A stretch of 64,000 bases of DNA, from the NCBI GenBank assembly GCA_964016885.1, contig OZ024750.1, positions 30,938,001 to 31,002,000 of the forward strand, in the 5' to 3' direction. The notes beneath the pieces were generated by a model. That model was not told the origin of the DNA. It searched no databases and saw only the letters and a program-made list of their open reading frames with translations. How positions within the stretch are numbered: the first letter of the stretch is position 1; each line of letters opens with the position of its first letter. Both the position numbers and the translations under genes were made by a program. Shown one piece after another: positions 13,889 to 28,513 of this stretch. This stretch comes from Eledone cirrhosa (Eukaryota).

Positions 13889-16021
13889 CTATAAAATATT
13901 ACAAAACAAAACCATTAATATTTATAAAGTAGTATATTTATAAAGTAGTATATTAATATATAAACTAATTACATTCTCCTTCTGATGCATCCCCAAATCC
14001 TTTTATTTGATGACTATATGAAAACATTATTTGAATCATGAGGGTGTTAGATTGGCAGTATCGGTAGAGAGTTGGACACCATGCTTTGCAGCATAGAGTT
14101 ACAGTCCTTTATCGTCTGAGTTCAAATCCCACCGAGGTAAACTTTGCCTTTCATCCTTACGGGGTCGATAAAATAAAGTACCAGTAACGCACTGGGTAAT
14201 TACTGGCCTTGTGCCAAAAGTAGAAACAATTATTTGAATCATGAGGGAATGTGGCTTAGTGATTGCATATTCGATTATGAGATTGTATATTCGATTCCGG
14301 ACTGGGTGATGTGTTAAGCAAGACACTTTATTTCATGCTGCTCTTTCTGTCAGGGGTTGCGAGTGGTAAATGGTATGAGTAATGGAAAGGCCAATGAAAA
14401 ACATTGTTTCCTTGGAATAATTTGACAAGTTTCACTCCACTCAGTAAGTGAATGAGGTCTGGGATCATGTCGATCGATTCCTTAATTCCAGTTATAATTA
14501 TGAATATTGCATAGCATATATTCCCTTAGTTTTAACCTCCTATTAGCATTTTATTCACACCAAGGGATTCTTACAGGAATATTAACTCTTTTATAACCAG
14601 CCCATCAAAACTGGTTCTGTTTCTGTGAAACAAAGCCATTATTTTAAAAGGTTCTTATTTAAAATAAATTCTTCCAGCATAATTTTATATAAGAATCATA
14701 TATTTAATTTATCATCTGATAAAGGAAATATTTTTAGTAAATCTCACAACATTCTTTATTAATTAATTGAAAATGTATGCATTTTATTAGAAATGTGTTA
14801 ATGAAAGAGTTAAATTGACCCAACAACATGACAGGTTTTACTGAACTTGAAAAGTTAATATTAAAATGAATCTGACAGAATTTGAACTAGTTGGGTTGAG
14901 GACCAGATCTCACTCATATGTTTCATTTTTTGCATGATTTCTACTGTTGAATACCAATGAAATGGCAAATATTTTAGTGCACACAAGAAACTGTTTAAGT
15001 TCGATGTAGGGATATTCTCCAAGGAAATCTACAGAGTAGGAACATGACAGGATCGTTAAGGAAGTTTCCAGAATAAGAAAATAGTCAGGATATTATGCAT
15101 AGAAACAATTGTAAAGGATTCTAATAAATTGATGTTTGAAAATTGCATTGTTGCTTGTTAAGCTCTGTAAAAGTAACATGTGTAAATAATCAGATCTAAT
15201 CAAGAATAACATAGATCAGAATTTAACACCTATCTACCTGATCACCACCTAATACTTTCCTCTTCCAACAACTTATAATGTATCAGAAAGATACTAGTAA
15301 GATGAGGATAATTTTTTTTGTATAAATATTCACAATCTTTCATTTCAATAGAATTTTAAATGTTAATAAATATTAAAAGGTTTTTTATTTGTATAACCTA
15401 ATCATTCCTAAACATATTTAATTTAATATATATACAGTATATAGCCATTATAAAAATATTAAAACTCTACTTCAATACTGTAAAGTTTAAATATTCTTTA
15501 TAATGGCTAATCATCACAGGATCATCATCATCTTGCTCATACAGAACTGTTTTTTGGCTTAATGTCTACAGCTGGATGCCCTTCCAAATGCCAGCCATAT
15601 TTACAGTGAAGACTGGGTGCATTTTGTAGTGACATCAAATGACTTTACAATGTGGACTGGGAGATTTTTGTCATGGTTCCAATACAAACACTTTGCATTG
15701 TGAACCAGGCGCCTTTTGTTGCAGCACCAAAACGGCCGTGTGGGATGGTTGCTTCTGTCTTGAGGGCTACGTGATCTTTTACCATGCTGCTTTATGGGGT
15801 GGGAGGAATATATTTTAATACTCCTGTGTTTATCTTATGTTATTTTCTATACTAAAGTACCAGTAATACACTGATAATTGCTGGCCTTGTGCCTAATGTA
15901 GAAACAGTTATTTTCTATACTAATTAGGAATTACTGATACTCACCTGATGAGTTATTTTTATAGTTTCCACACAAGCCCTTTTAGCAGAGGATCACGGAG
16001 TAATATCTTACTGGTACTCAC

Positions 16022-16189
16022 CTGATGGGTTATTGTTATAGTTTCCACATAAGCCCTTCAGCTGAGGGTCATTGAGTAATATCTTGCTAGGGGTTATCTC
16101 TATAAATAGTTTATCATCCACCACAATTTTAATTGGAATTGTTGAAATCTCTATTGCCATATACTCATTGTGTTTATAGACGACAACAT
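16022..16189 (-). CDS. Exon 8: VWD1 (...PQLKGLCGNYNNNPS)
   Basis: GLCGNYN motif, tttcAG acceptor, GTGAGT donor, phase 1 to 1. Confidence 0.93.
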
Positions 16190-16522
16190 CTGAAATATTG
16201 AAAACAAGAAATCATAAAGTATCAGTCACGCACTGGGGTCGATTTAATCGACTTTCCCCTCCCCCAAAATCATTGGCCTTGTGCCTATATATATAAAAAA
16301 AAAAAAAATAATAATAATTATTGATGTTTAACCCTTTAGGATTTAAACCAGCTGTATCCGGCCAGAATTCTCTCACCTCTTTCTTTTTAAACCGGCTATA
16401 ACTGGCCGCCCATACTGATGTTAAGGTATTGTTCTCAAAATAAATAATATCGAAATCTCATAGAGTCCCTATTATGTGAGATATTTATGTGAGGTTAAGT
16501 GTTTACCATGCAAATACAATAG

Positions 16523-16553
<31 letters not shown>

Positions 16554-18231
16554 TAATGTGAATGCTAAAGTGTTAAATTGAAATTCATTAAATTATAATT
16601 TAGTAAAATTTACAACAAAATTACTGTATATACTCAAATATAAGCTGAGGAATATCTGACCAAAAGTCGTTGGTAAAAGGGGGTGGGGGTAGGCCTATAC
16701 ATGCCATCTAAACATTGTGTTGATTACCTTATAAAAGGGGTTTGAACTTTTGCCCCATTTCCGAAAAGCCTTAGTGCAGTCAAGTTAAAGGCAGGGAGGA
16801 AGAGATCCCACTTAGGTAACAACTAGTCAAGTTATAAATAAACACAACTTATGTTTTTACATAATACTGGGTATTAATTGAAAAGCAATGCTTATTCTAT
16901 TTGATAATTCAATATTGAACATCATCAATAATTGCTTATGTATGTAAATTTATTTACATTATTTAGGAGCTCTCTGTCTAAAGCAATATTTAACCCATTT
17001 ATTACCATACATTTAATGAAATACACAGGAATTGAATTAAATGTTGAAGAATTTGAAGGGATTTACTAAAATTATTAATCATTTCATGATTAAAATGGTA
17101 TTTGTAACATGATTTAACAGAATTTTCTCATATCAGATTATGAAGGAAGTTTTTAATTCAATTAGGAGCCCTTTAAAATTATAGTTTTATTTCATAGAAC
17201 CACAGCCAGTTTTGGGTGAGTTTCTATCAAAAGTGATAGTAGAGGAGCTTGCAGTAATTAGAGAGGTTAGACTAGAATTTTGGTTTCCTTGGTGTTAATA
17301 ATCATTTTAAAGTTTACATCATGTACAGCATTGCTGCAAGCTTGGAAAGATGAACTGTTGATGGAAGGGACTTTACTGCAAACTGAGTATTGAACTGGTT
17401 GGCAGTGAAGGGACTTCCCGTTAAGTGGCTAACAAGACCTGGACTTTAGGGATGGAAGGGACTTTACTGCAGACTGATTATTGAATTGGTTGGCAGTGAA
17501 GGGACTTCCAGTTAAGCAGCTAACAAGACCTAGACTTTAGGGCAGATCGTTCCTCTTTACACTTTGTCAATGTTTGTCACACAATAAACAACAGTTCAAT
17601 AAAACACTGTTTGTTGTTATTTTAAATAAGCTAATATGTGTAGTTTAAATTGCAAATCTTATGCTATTAGTTTTAAAACATCAAGATAGAATAATCTGTA
17701 CACATACTACATATATAATTTGTGTTGTAGTTTATTTTATCATAAACTAGGCAGTTTTGAGACTATTTTAGTGGTTAAAATTGTTGAGACAATGCATTTA
17801 AAATAATGGTTCTGAGATGGAATCTTGTCTAGGAATATATTTATTTGTCATAATCTTTCAAATGAAGTTGTTAGAAGAACTATTCAAAATGTTGTGCAAG
17901 AGAGAGAAATGTAAAATGTGAGGTAAATAATTTTGAAAATTTAAATTTATCAATAAGTTATGACAAATTTTCAGATACATAAGATCAATATCTATTGTAG
18001 ATTTAGCTTTTTAATTTAAAAATTTTCTCGAAGCAATAGAAATATTTTGTATCGATAAAAACATTACCAATACAACATGGCATGCTCTCTTCCATGTCAA
18101 GGGAGGTCATTTCATTTATACATTTTCCACTAGGCCACATGCCTCCCCTATTTGTATAATATTGCTGAATTCATATATGAAAAAAGTAAAACACAATTTA
18201 AAAACAAGTTAGAAATAAATTAATTACAAAC

Positions 18232-18334
18232 CATCTCTGACTTCTCCTTTAAGAAAATCCATGACATAGCCATTAAGAGAAACAGTGAAACCTTCAACTA
18301 TCAAGACTTTCCGTTCAAATTTAATAGTCAAAGA
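18232..18334 (-). CDS. Exon 7: VWD1 middle (SLTIKFERKVLIVEGFTVSLNG...)
   Basis: ctctacAG acceptor, GTTTGT donor, 103 nt, phase 0 to 1. The V.LNG motif fits a VWD strand. Confidence 0.85.
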
Positions 18335-21090
18335 CTGTAGAGAAATAAAGTAAATGAAATATTAAAGTATTATAAGGACATCAATAAATCAAATATAACA
18401 AAGATACATTGAACATGAGGTCATGAGAAAGACAAACAATGATAAAAATCATGGATTAGATCAGGATAGAGCTTTTGTAATTTATTTCTTTTTGACATTT
18501 TAAAAATATCAGAGCATTGAGTAGATTTGAAATTCTTGGAAAAAATCAAAATCCCAAACGGAGAAAATAATTGAAACCACAGTCAATTGTGCCATAAATA
18601 ATAACTTCAGGTAAAATACTAGGGTGATTATTGTGAACTCAGCTAGGCAGGAAGAGGCAGTGATGGGAATGGATTAGAGTGGAGGTAAATGAGAATATAG
18701 GGACAGTAGAATAGTGGGATGGGTAGCAATGGCAGCTAGATGGGTGGAGTGGAGAAGAGAGATTAAGATGGGGCGTTGGATTTGTTATAGAGGTGGCCTT
18801 GAAGAGAAGGCGAGTAATGATTAGCACCCTATCAAAGGAAAGGGGGTAGATTCATAGGGTTGATAGATGTTCACAGTGCTAAGATGTCCTTCTTTATGTG
18901 TGGGCAGCAACTCTCAGTCATTTGAAGGGCATCAGATGGTGGTGGCCTGAGAGAAACTCAGTTGTCCCCCAGATGAGAGAGGGTAGGTGAGAAAGATCTT
19001 GGTAGTAAGCAGAGAAGAAGGAAAACAATATATATATATGTGCATGAGTGTGTGTGTATGTGTTGGGTGAGAATCAATACATTTGTACAGAAATCCTCTT
19101 TGGTATCAAATTCCAGTTGAATTACCTCCCTTTATGCCAATGTTCACTTTGCATTTCTTATATTACAAGAACAATGAAATAAGTACAAGGCTGAGCTGAT
19201 GTAATTCATTAAAATCTTTGGAAGGCGATGCTCCGGCATTGTCAGCATGACTCTATTCCAATGAATAAAACCAATAAATGACAAATAATAGAAACACTGT
19301 TTATTGCATATAATGTCTGAATCATGTGGTTTTCTGGGTTTTAAAATGACTTAACAAGCTTTGTTTAGCCATGAATAGTTTATAACGAATCAGGTTTCTT
19401 AAATTAGAAATAATTTTCTTTCATTATTTAACAGCCCTAAGAGCAGTGGATTGGCAGTATCAGTAAAGCATCAAACCCCATGCTTTGCAACATAGAGTCC
19501 CTTTATGTTCTGATTTCAAATCTTGCCAAGGTTAGTTTTGCCTTTCATTTTAACAGGGTCAATAAAATAAAGTACCAGTAATGCACAGGGATCAATTTAA
19601 TCAACTTTCCCCTTCCTCAAAATTGTTGGCCTTGTGACTAAATCAGAAACCATTATTTAAGAACCACGGTGGATTGGCAGTATCGGTAAAGGGTCAGACA
19701 CCATGCTTTCCAGCATGGTTACGTCCCTTTACGATCTGAGTTCAAATCCCGCCGAGGTTGACTTTGCCTTTCATCCTTACGGGGGTCGATAAAATAAAGT
19801 ACCAGTAATGCACTGGGTAATTGCTGGCCTTGTGCATAAAGTAGAAACAATTATTTAAGAACCAACATTTCTAAAGTTAAGTAGGAGAAATAGACCAATA
19901 TAAATTTGATAATTATATCCAGAAAAAAAAAAATTGTTATGAGAACCTTATTCATATAGAATTTTGTCAAATATTCTATGAAATTTAGATTTAGTTAAAT
20001 TATTTCAACTATTTTCAAATATTTACTGTAAATATAAAGACATGTATGTAAGTGACACTAAACCAGGCATGGGCAACATCTTTTGAGCACTGGGCTGCAT
20101 AGGATGTGGCTCATTATAAAGCAGGTTGCACTACTAAAAAGTTCAAGGCAATTTTGAAATTAAGTGTGCCATTCAGAAAGCCAAATGGATTGCACGCGCC
20201 TCACAGCCAACAATTTACCCATGACTGCTATAAATAGATACGTAATAATGAAAAAGAAACTATGTATATATTAAAATGAAATAAGGAGCAACAATGAAGG
20301 AGAAAACAAAGTTGGTATATTTGGACAATACAGAAATACAACAACCTTTTCAATATATAGACTTATTAACAATGAAAAATAACAAAAGATGATTTATTTC
20401 AAATTGTTGTGCTTGGTGAATAATTTCAGTCATTATCCTCATCATCACCATTTGACATCTATTTTCTATGCTTTCATGGCTAAAACTGGCATGTCAGGAG
20501 ACCCACGTTTTGCTCATATTAACTGTTAACGTCCTGTACCACATGAAACTGCATTAGTAAGACATTCTTGAGAAGTACAAAACACCACTATGACTACATC
20601 TCACTGGACACTGGATGGTAAGAGTTAAAGAACTATTTGTTTTCTAATTTTAAAACAAAGAAACAGCCATGCTTCATTGGATATGCAATGTAAATGTGAG
20701 AGAATGGCAGAGCTTGGATGAACTGAGGGAGAAACTGGGCTTAAGAGGAATCAGAGGTGGTGTGGAAGAGAAAAGTCTGCATTAGTATGAACATGTGATG
20801 CACATGGATGATGAACATGTGATTCAAATCAAAACAATGATGATGATATATACAGAGTGAGAGATAGAGACATTCTGTTACCCCTCCATTACTAATCCTC
20901 ATCCCCTGTAATGTGATGGTGCATGGAAGAGTAGAACAGTTTGAAGACCTGAAAGAGTATCACCCTCAGGGGAAATGATGAAGGAATGCAATGAATGGAG
21001 AGATGCTGAAAAAGACCCATCCAACCCATGCAAGGATGGAAAAATGATAATGACGACGATGATGATGAGTGAGAAAAATATCCTACTTAC

Positions 21091-21287
21091 TTTTCGACAT
21101 GAAGTTACTGATTGACAATTCAACAATGTCAGAGTTATAAGCCATTCTCTACCATATTCCAAGAAGTTGTAAGTACAAACATCGGATTGCAAGGGGAAAA
21201 AATTACCATCAAATGTTTTTAAGATTTCAGTTCCTGTCATTCGACAACTTGAATCAAGCTGTAGAGTCCTATTAAGAGTCTGAAAAT
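21091..21287 (-). CDS. Exon 6: start of VWD1 (SSCRMTGTEILKTFDGNFFPLQSDVCTYNFL...)
   Basis: C..TG....TFDG..F....C.Y.L VWD signature, ttttAG acceptor, GTAAGT donor, phase 1 to 0. Confidence 0.92.
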
Positions 21288-23510
21288 CTAAAAGTACATA
21301 TAAATATATAAATTCACTTAATTAGGGATAGATTGAATATGGGCAAAAATTTCTTTAAAAAAAAAAAAATCAATAATTTGTATCAAGATATTGTTATATA
21401 AATAATTGTTTCTACTTTTGGCCAGCAATTATCCCAGGGCATTACTGGTGCTTTATTTTATTGCCCCATAGGGATGCAAGGTAAAGTTAACCTCGGCAGG
21501 ATTTGAACTCAGACTGTAAAGGGCCGTAACTCTATGCTGCAAAGCATAGCGTCCAACCATCTACCGATAATAACATAGGTTATACATAAAGCGAATTGGC
21601 AGACTCGTTAGAATGTTTGATAGAGTGCTTTGTGGTATTCATTGTCTCTCAGTTCATATCCTGCTGAGATCAACTTTGCCTTTCATCCATTCAAGTCAAT
21701 AAAAAAAATACCAGTGAAGTACTGGGGTCGATTCTGCCTCTTTCTCACTTCCATTCTCTCACTCTCTATCCTTCTCTGAAAGAAATCTGCTGTATTCAGC
21801 TCTGGATAGGAGATGGGCTCCAGCATGTTTAGAAATGGCCTAGAAAAACCATATGTTAATAAGACAATCCTATGATTCCCTCAAGAGTTATACAAATATC
21901 AACACATTATATTCATATTAGTATATTGTTATATACACATCAATATATTGTTAAATAAATATCAATATATTGTTATATAAATAGCAGCATATTGTTATAT
22001 AAATAGCAGTGTATTGTTATATAAATAGCATGCATTCTTAGTTAGGAACTAAATATTGTACTATTGAATTATTAACATTTAAATTGAATACATTATCTCG
22101 CTTGGAGTAAAGTAATGGTGATATGAAAAATACAGCTGGTCATTCACCACAGGTATTAATTGATAATGGCTTCTGAGTTTGACATTTTTCTTTCATTTTC
22201 AATATTCCTTTTACAATATGATACTGTGATTTAAGAACTAATAAACAGAAATAATTTGGGATAGAATTTAATGAGAAGAGCTTGTTGCTTCTATGAAAAT
22301 AACTGTGGATGAAGTTAGTAATAAAATACAAAATTTTGATTAACCATAAAATGCAATTGATAGAATCCCATTTTTGAACAAATCAAAGAATAATTTAAGA
22401 AATATATAATTTAGCACTTAAAAAATATGACCTCCATAAGCTGTCTAAAATTAAAATAATTGGAAGTCAAGTGAAATTTTGTTTAATCTATTTCTAATAA
22501 GTTGCTTCAGTTGATTATAATTTATAGGACACATCTGAGATACCACTCAGGCTGAGGTGTAGAGTCTGTCGCTCCCTGCTCTTCTTCCATTCCTTTTATT
22601 GTTTAATTTCTTCTTTCATTTTATTTCTGATAGTACAGGCATGTGATTAGAATGTTTCAGGAAAGAATCGTGCAAAACCAACTGGAAGGAGACCCAGGGT
22701 TAGACCCCGAGCAAGATGGTTGGATAACATGCATGAGCTTGGCTGGTCTCACTTGGGGATCCATCCAGATCAATTGGAGAAGGTTGCTTCTGACAGGACT
22801 TGCTAGAAGGAGTGTATGATGACTTTACTCCCCACCCCTGACCCTCTCAAGACGAAGAAAAAGAGATTTTATTTCTTTTCATTATCCTCTCTTCTCCATT
22901 TCCTTATTGCTTTGTACAAATATTTTTTATAAAAACTATTAGAGGGAAGCTCTGGCACCCCTTGCAGTGTGACCCATTGACACACTTATTGTTGAATTAA
23001 TATTTTCTTGCATTTGGATTTTATATTTTTATGTGAAATATTAATATAATTGAGTATTGTATATTCTTGGGTCTCGAATAATTGTCTCCCCACTTAGTAA
23101 TTTTTCAGATTTTTTCCAACCCTCCCTGCTTATATTCCAACCCCAACTTAATTTTTTTTTTAATGTTAATCAAGATTTTATTTTAAGTGGTAGCATTCTG
23201 GTGACAATTTTCTTGATACATTAAAAAACATTATGCATGACAAAGAAAGTATATTACCAGAAATCCCATACTTTATAAAATAAATAGGATGGGTTGGGGT
23301 TTCAAATTCTTACTCCCAACCCCAAGGTAAAGCTAGTTTCAGCATAATTTGAACTTTCAGCATAATTTCAGCATAATTTCAGCATAATTTGAACATAAAG
23401 GGCTATAACTACATGCTGCAAAGCATCGAATGATCCAATGCTCTACTGATATTGCAATCCTCCACCCTAACTCACAGAAATAATGACATTGTTTTTTTAT
23501 AGATACTAAC

Positions 23511-23675
23511 TTTGAAAGTTGCATGGGATACATGTTTGAATGTCTTCACCCCATGATCCATTATTTCTCTGTCCACAACAGTCACCAAGTGATAGTCGTT
23601 GTTCATTTGACCAAGCTACTTTCTCTCCACTACATGCTGGTGACACATAGCAATACTGAAAATCATTATTTACAT
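23511..23675 (-). CDS. Exon 5: 6-Cys TB/follistatin-N-like module (CYVSPAC...LSLGDCCGQRNNGSWGEDIQTCIPC)
   Basis: Strong pyrimidine tract with cAG acceptor, GTTAGT donor, 165 nt, phase 1 to 1, open frame. Confidence 0.88.
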
Positions 23676-23744
23676 CTGAAAGGAAAAGAAAAATAAAAGT
23701 AATCTTTTTTACTCAGGTTTTGTGGCATAACTACTGCTTAATGT

Positions 23745-24995
23745 CTCCAACCGATGGGGGAGGGAGTGCAATGGAAGGGAAGAACTCTATAAACAGGTAA
23801 ATTGTCTGTTGATGTTGAGAAGCCGGGTGGTTGAGGATCCAGAGCTCACATTTGGAGCTATTGATGGCCAAGCTCCTCAATCATTTCGTTAGCAGTGGCG
23901 AGAACTTTATCTGGAGGTCCCCCAAAACAAGCGATGTCGAGATACCAGACGTTGAGGTCCAACTTCACCCCCATCTTGGTGATGTCATCAATGTCCAGTG
24001 CAAACAGAGCGGGTTCAAATGGATCGCCCTGTTGGACTCCCGAGGCAGAGATGATGATTTGGTCACCAAAGGAGATGTAGGAGGGCTCCCGATAAGCCTA
24101 CCAAGCAAAGTGGTAGAGTTGTGGGACCTTCTATCTTACTGAGCTGAGGACGACATCGTGGCTGAACGCGTTCTTGAGGTCAAGTTTGAGGAAGACCGTG
24201 GGGGACAAGGAGGGCAAGTTGGTAAAGGCTCTGGTAGTGTGGGCAATAGCGTCACATCCCAACTTGGTACCCACCCCTAGCTGGATGGGAGAAAATTCCA
24301 ATGAGTCAGACACCGATAGCTAACATACCTTTGCAGTGAGACGACGAAGGGTGCAGACAACCGCATTGGGGCACAAGTCTCCGTTGGGTTTAGTGAGACC
24401 GAATAATTTCGCAACGAAGAACAGTGGGCGGATATAGGGGGAGAACGTTCACTGAAGAGAACTGATTCAAATTGAGTCAGACTCTCCAAGAGCTCGAGTC
24501 TGGAGTCACCGGTCGATAAGGAGATAAATCCTTGAAAAGTTGAGGTCGAAGGCCGTCAACCCCCGCGTCTGAATCAGCGGGGAAGGATGACATCGCCTTT
24601 CTGATGTTGTAAGTGGTGTAAACCGGTCTGAAGTATTTTGGTGGTTGGAGCCAGAATAACTGATCATCTGGGGATGCCCATGGCTGCTTCTCTTTCAGTC
24701 GCTCAAGAGAGGGCAAGCTCGAGGGAGGACAGAGAAGAGAGGAGACGGACAGCCCCTTTAATGTCAAATTCGCTGAATTTGACATTAACCGCACGCTTGA
24801 GGTTTATCGGTTGCCTGTTGGTAGGCACCGAGCTCGATGTCAAATTGAGGTGAGATATAGTTGGGGTGGATTCAAACGGCTGGAACTGTTGCTTGAGAGT
24901 GGATGTGAGGGAGCCCGATTTCGAGTTGTGCATGTGGATAGAGATGAGAGGAGACAAAAACAGTTTCTGCCAGTCAGACGTATTGTTGGATAACA
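23745..24995 (-). mobile_element. Degenerate CRE-clade non-LTR retrotransposon, RT region (intron 4)
   Basis: Frameshifted motifs AGVDGLRPQ, QLGVG..LGC.A..H..R, KLDLKNAF, GVQQGDP and YLD. The segment is GC-rich relative to its flanks. Confidence 0.8.
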
Positions 24996-26750
24996 AAAAC
25001 GAAACAAAACTAATAATTAAGGGTGGATGCTAAAACAAATAACCCACGAAAGACAATAGAAATTAAATTCAAAAATTCGATATGTAAATAATTTCCTAGC
25101 CTTACTCTAAAACGATATTGGAAGATTTTAAAAACTTATTTTAGAAAATGGCGAACGGAATTTGAAAATTTCGCCGTAATTTTGACTAAATAAAATAGTT
25201 TAATAATAAGGTGTATAAACCAACTAAACAGGAACAGATGGGTTACTAGACTATTTTATTTTGTCTAAATTACGGCGAAATCTTATAATTCAATTTTAGT
25301 AAGTTAAACCCGCAACAGAGAACATGCCAGCCTATCATTCTAAAGATTTTAGTCTTAAATTTTATTCCTCACAAGTACTGTCAACTTCGTAAACGTCCAC
25401 CTCGTAGTCTGTTAATTTATAGAATAATATAGTCGGCGACGGAAATTACGCAATACATAATGGTAGAAGCGATTTTCCTGTTCATGTTTCGTCTATGTTT
25501 ACGTATATAATTAATTTAACACATTAATACATGCATAGTGTACCCACGCTAATAACAATGCAAGTATGAGTCTTGTACTGTCGCCTTACACTACGGAAAC
25601 TGGAGTAAGCACAGGTTTGATGAGGCTCCGGGCTTGAAGCAGACTTTAGACATCCATAGTGTATCCGTATCGATAACAATGATGGCTAATATGAGTCATT
25701 CGTACTTAAGTGCTTAAGTAAATAAACTTGCAAAAATAGATATATCGTTTGCAGGTTCGTATCATTTTCTCGCAACGAAAGATTTGTCATTTTTTTCATA
25801 AGCGCTTCGCTGCACCGTGTTCTCCTAGCATAGTGGCTATGATGTATCCGAGTATCGCTAAGAAATAAACTTTTATTCGAAAATCGATACAGGTTCGAAT
25901 ATCATCGGAGGTGCTGTACTTGGGTGTTTCAGTCATGACTCTACTTATTACTGGTTTATATCATATTTTTGTTTAAGTCGAAGAGCCACCATTTTGTACA
26001 GACTAAACGTCGATGTATTATTTACAAAAAAAAAGAAGGTATTATAGAACTATCGATTTCAGTGGGAAATAATTATTTTTCCTCGGGTTTTTAAACGTAC
26101 CTCCGAATATCCTGCAAAGGACTTTTTTCTCGTAAAACAGAAGGTGGAGAGGTGAGGCCATTGGACTTTTCACCCACCTCCTCCTTAGTTTTTTTAAAAA
26201 CACTTTTTTCCTTCGGGCTTTCGTGTGCTACCAACTAATCTTAACTTCCAAACATGCTACAAAAAAACTTTTTCCTTGAAAACGGAGGTTGAAGAGAGAT
26301 ACCCTCGGACTTTTAACCTTGTGTTGGAGTTAGGGGTACCAAAAACTAAAGTGGGTGGGTTGATGGAGGACGAGAATCCTCCCCGCCACTTTCCATAGTA
26401 TTTTAAGCCTTGGCTGTATTTTATTTTTATTTCTCTATGAAATGTCTTGTCTAAAATATACGTTTTACATAAAATGCCTCATTTTAAAAATTATTATCGA
26501 TGTTAATGTTCATGTACAATCAACTATTTTCTGCTGAATAGGCTGCTGGCTTAAACAAACCTTAACCGAAATGATATTTTTTATTTAAGATTTGTTTTTT
26601 ATCTAGTTAAAATTTCTAAGTGATAAAGGCTGATATCGTAATGAAAAATAAAATATTGTAAAATAAATAACATCAAAATACATAAAAAAAAACAACTACA
26701 AAATTCTAGTTTTCCTTTTCTAGGAGCTAATATTTTCAAACGCAATTTAC

Positions 26751-26855
26751 CTTGGAGGATTTCACTACAGCGTTCACCTGTGTACAACCCATTACAGGAG
26801 CAAACGTTTGGTTCAACACATACTCCATCATTTTCACACACTGGAATACATTTAG
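26751..26855 (-). CDS. Exon 4: EGF-like domain (CIPVCENDGVCVEPNVCSCNGLYTGERC)
   Basis: Six-Cys EGF spacing, tttcAG acceptor, GTAAAT donor, phase 1 to 1. Confidence 0.93.
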
Positions 26856-28513
26856 CTGAAATGGAGGGAAAAAAATAACATCTTAGATAAGATAAGAATA
26901 ATTTCAATATCAAATGTCATTATTATCATCATCATTGTTTTAATGTCCACTTTCCGTGCTAACAAGGGTTGGACAGGCCTACATAGACCAGGTTAGTACT
27001 GAAGCAGGGTTACTGATCTCCCAGACCGGCCAGGGATCTGCATCTCACTTATGTATGATCTCACATCCTACAGAGTACACAGGGGAGGTTGTCATGTCTT
27101 TGACACAATTAAAAGGTCCTCTCATCCCTTTGTTTGGCAATTTTTCTATGGCTGGATGCTCTTCCTATGACCACCCAGTTTGCAGCGTGTACTGCGTGAA
27201 TTTATTGTGTGGATCACCACGAGTGTATAAGCATGAAATAGGACCTTTAATGTCAGACCTGATCTGGTGAGGAGAGTAAGTGGAACAGCAACAGCACAAA
27301 ATACAAAAGCTATTAAAAAGGGTGGATGAATTCCTCAGAGTCAATAGCTACCCACCCCAACTATGGGAAGGGTTCTTCTGACAGAAGTGAGAAAGCCCAG
27401 GATTGGATTGGAATGGATTGGACTTGCTACTAAGGTGGTGTTGGTGAATTAGCAAAGTCATTAGAACATCGGATTGATGATGTCTCAGTATTTATTCTGG
27501 CTCACTCTGCTGTGAGTTCAAATCCCACCATAATAACCAATGCCTTTCATTCTTTCAAGGTTGAATACCTGTCCAGTACAAGCACAAATTCTTATTTTCT
27601 TTGGAAGAAATTGACTTTGTTCTGACCAGGAGTGGGATGTGTTTTGCCAGGTTTAAAATACCCAAAACCATATATCATGATGGCATCCCTAATAACTCCA
27701 TCAGAAGTTAATGGCTCTTTACTTGTTACTATATACATATTAGGTTTGTAGAGGCTATGGTTAAGCTCTTCTTTTATAAAGCAATTTCAAACTATTCACA
27801 TTTGCTATAGAGCACACATGCAAATTTAATGTCAGCAGCTAAAAGTATGTTTTAAAGTTATGAAATATAGACTGGAGACATTGGTAGCTGTAAATAATTG
27901 TTTTTACTATGTTCCCATGAAGATTTGGGTCTCACTAGTGCTATATTTTACCTAGTGAGAATCATGGATATACAGCATAATATAGGTGAGCATTGGTACA
28001 ATTGTCCATGATCCCTGACCCCAACTCTCAGCAACGAGGATTGGAAGAGACCAAAAGACTATATTCTTAAATGGGTCTCACCTCCAAACTGTTCAGTTAG
28101 CATCTGAACTGACAGAAAGAGAGCATAGGAAGCAATGTAGATTCATCAAGGCTTGGTTGAGATCTTAGGAGAAGACCTGGCAGTCATGGGCCTCACCTGG
28201 CCTGGGAGCAGGCTCATGTCAGGCTTGCAACCATTTGTAATGAAGATCTCTTGTTACCCAATGCTCCATAAGGAGTAGAAGGAACTAAAGAAGTACGAGG
28301 CTCAGCAGAAAAGTTCATAGGCTGGCCAAGATACTCTCATGGAATGACCAAATGAGGTTTATTTTTCAACATAATCCCTGAAAATAAACAGTGCACTCAT
28401 TGATAAGAGTTGAAATTAATGCTTGGAAGATTTCAGAGCTCTAGCATCATTCCTTCAGCGTCAGCCTACGAACTTCTCAGCCAACCCTTGAATTATTTTT
28501 TGGTAAAACTTAC

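Noticed and set aside
15945-15975. CTGATGA on the plus strand (also at 32220)
   Set aside because: At 15945 it is the antisense of the duplicated exon end; neither site has a GAAA or paired stems.
25165-25285. Imperfect ~40-bp inverted repeat in a CpG-richer intronic segment
   Set aside because: Probably an old MITE or DNA-transposon relic, but I could not define ends or a TSD.
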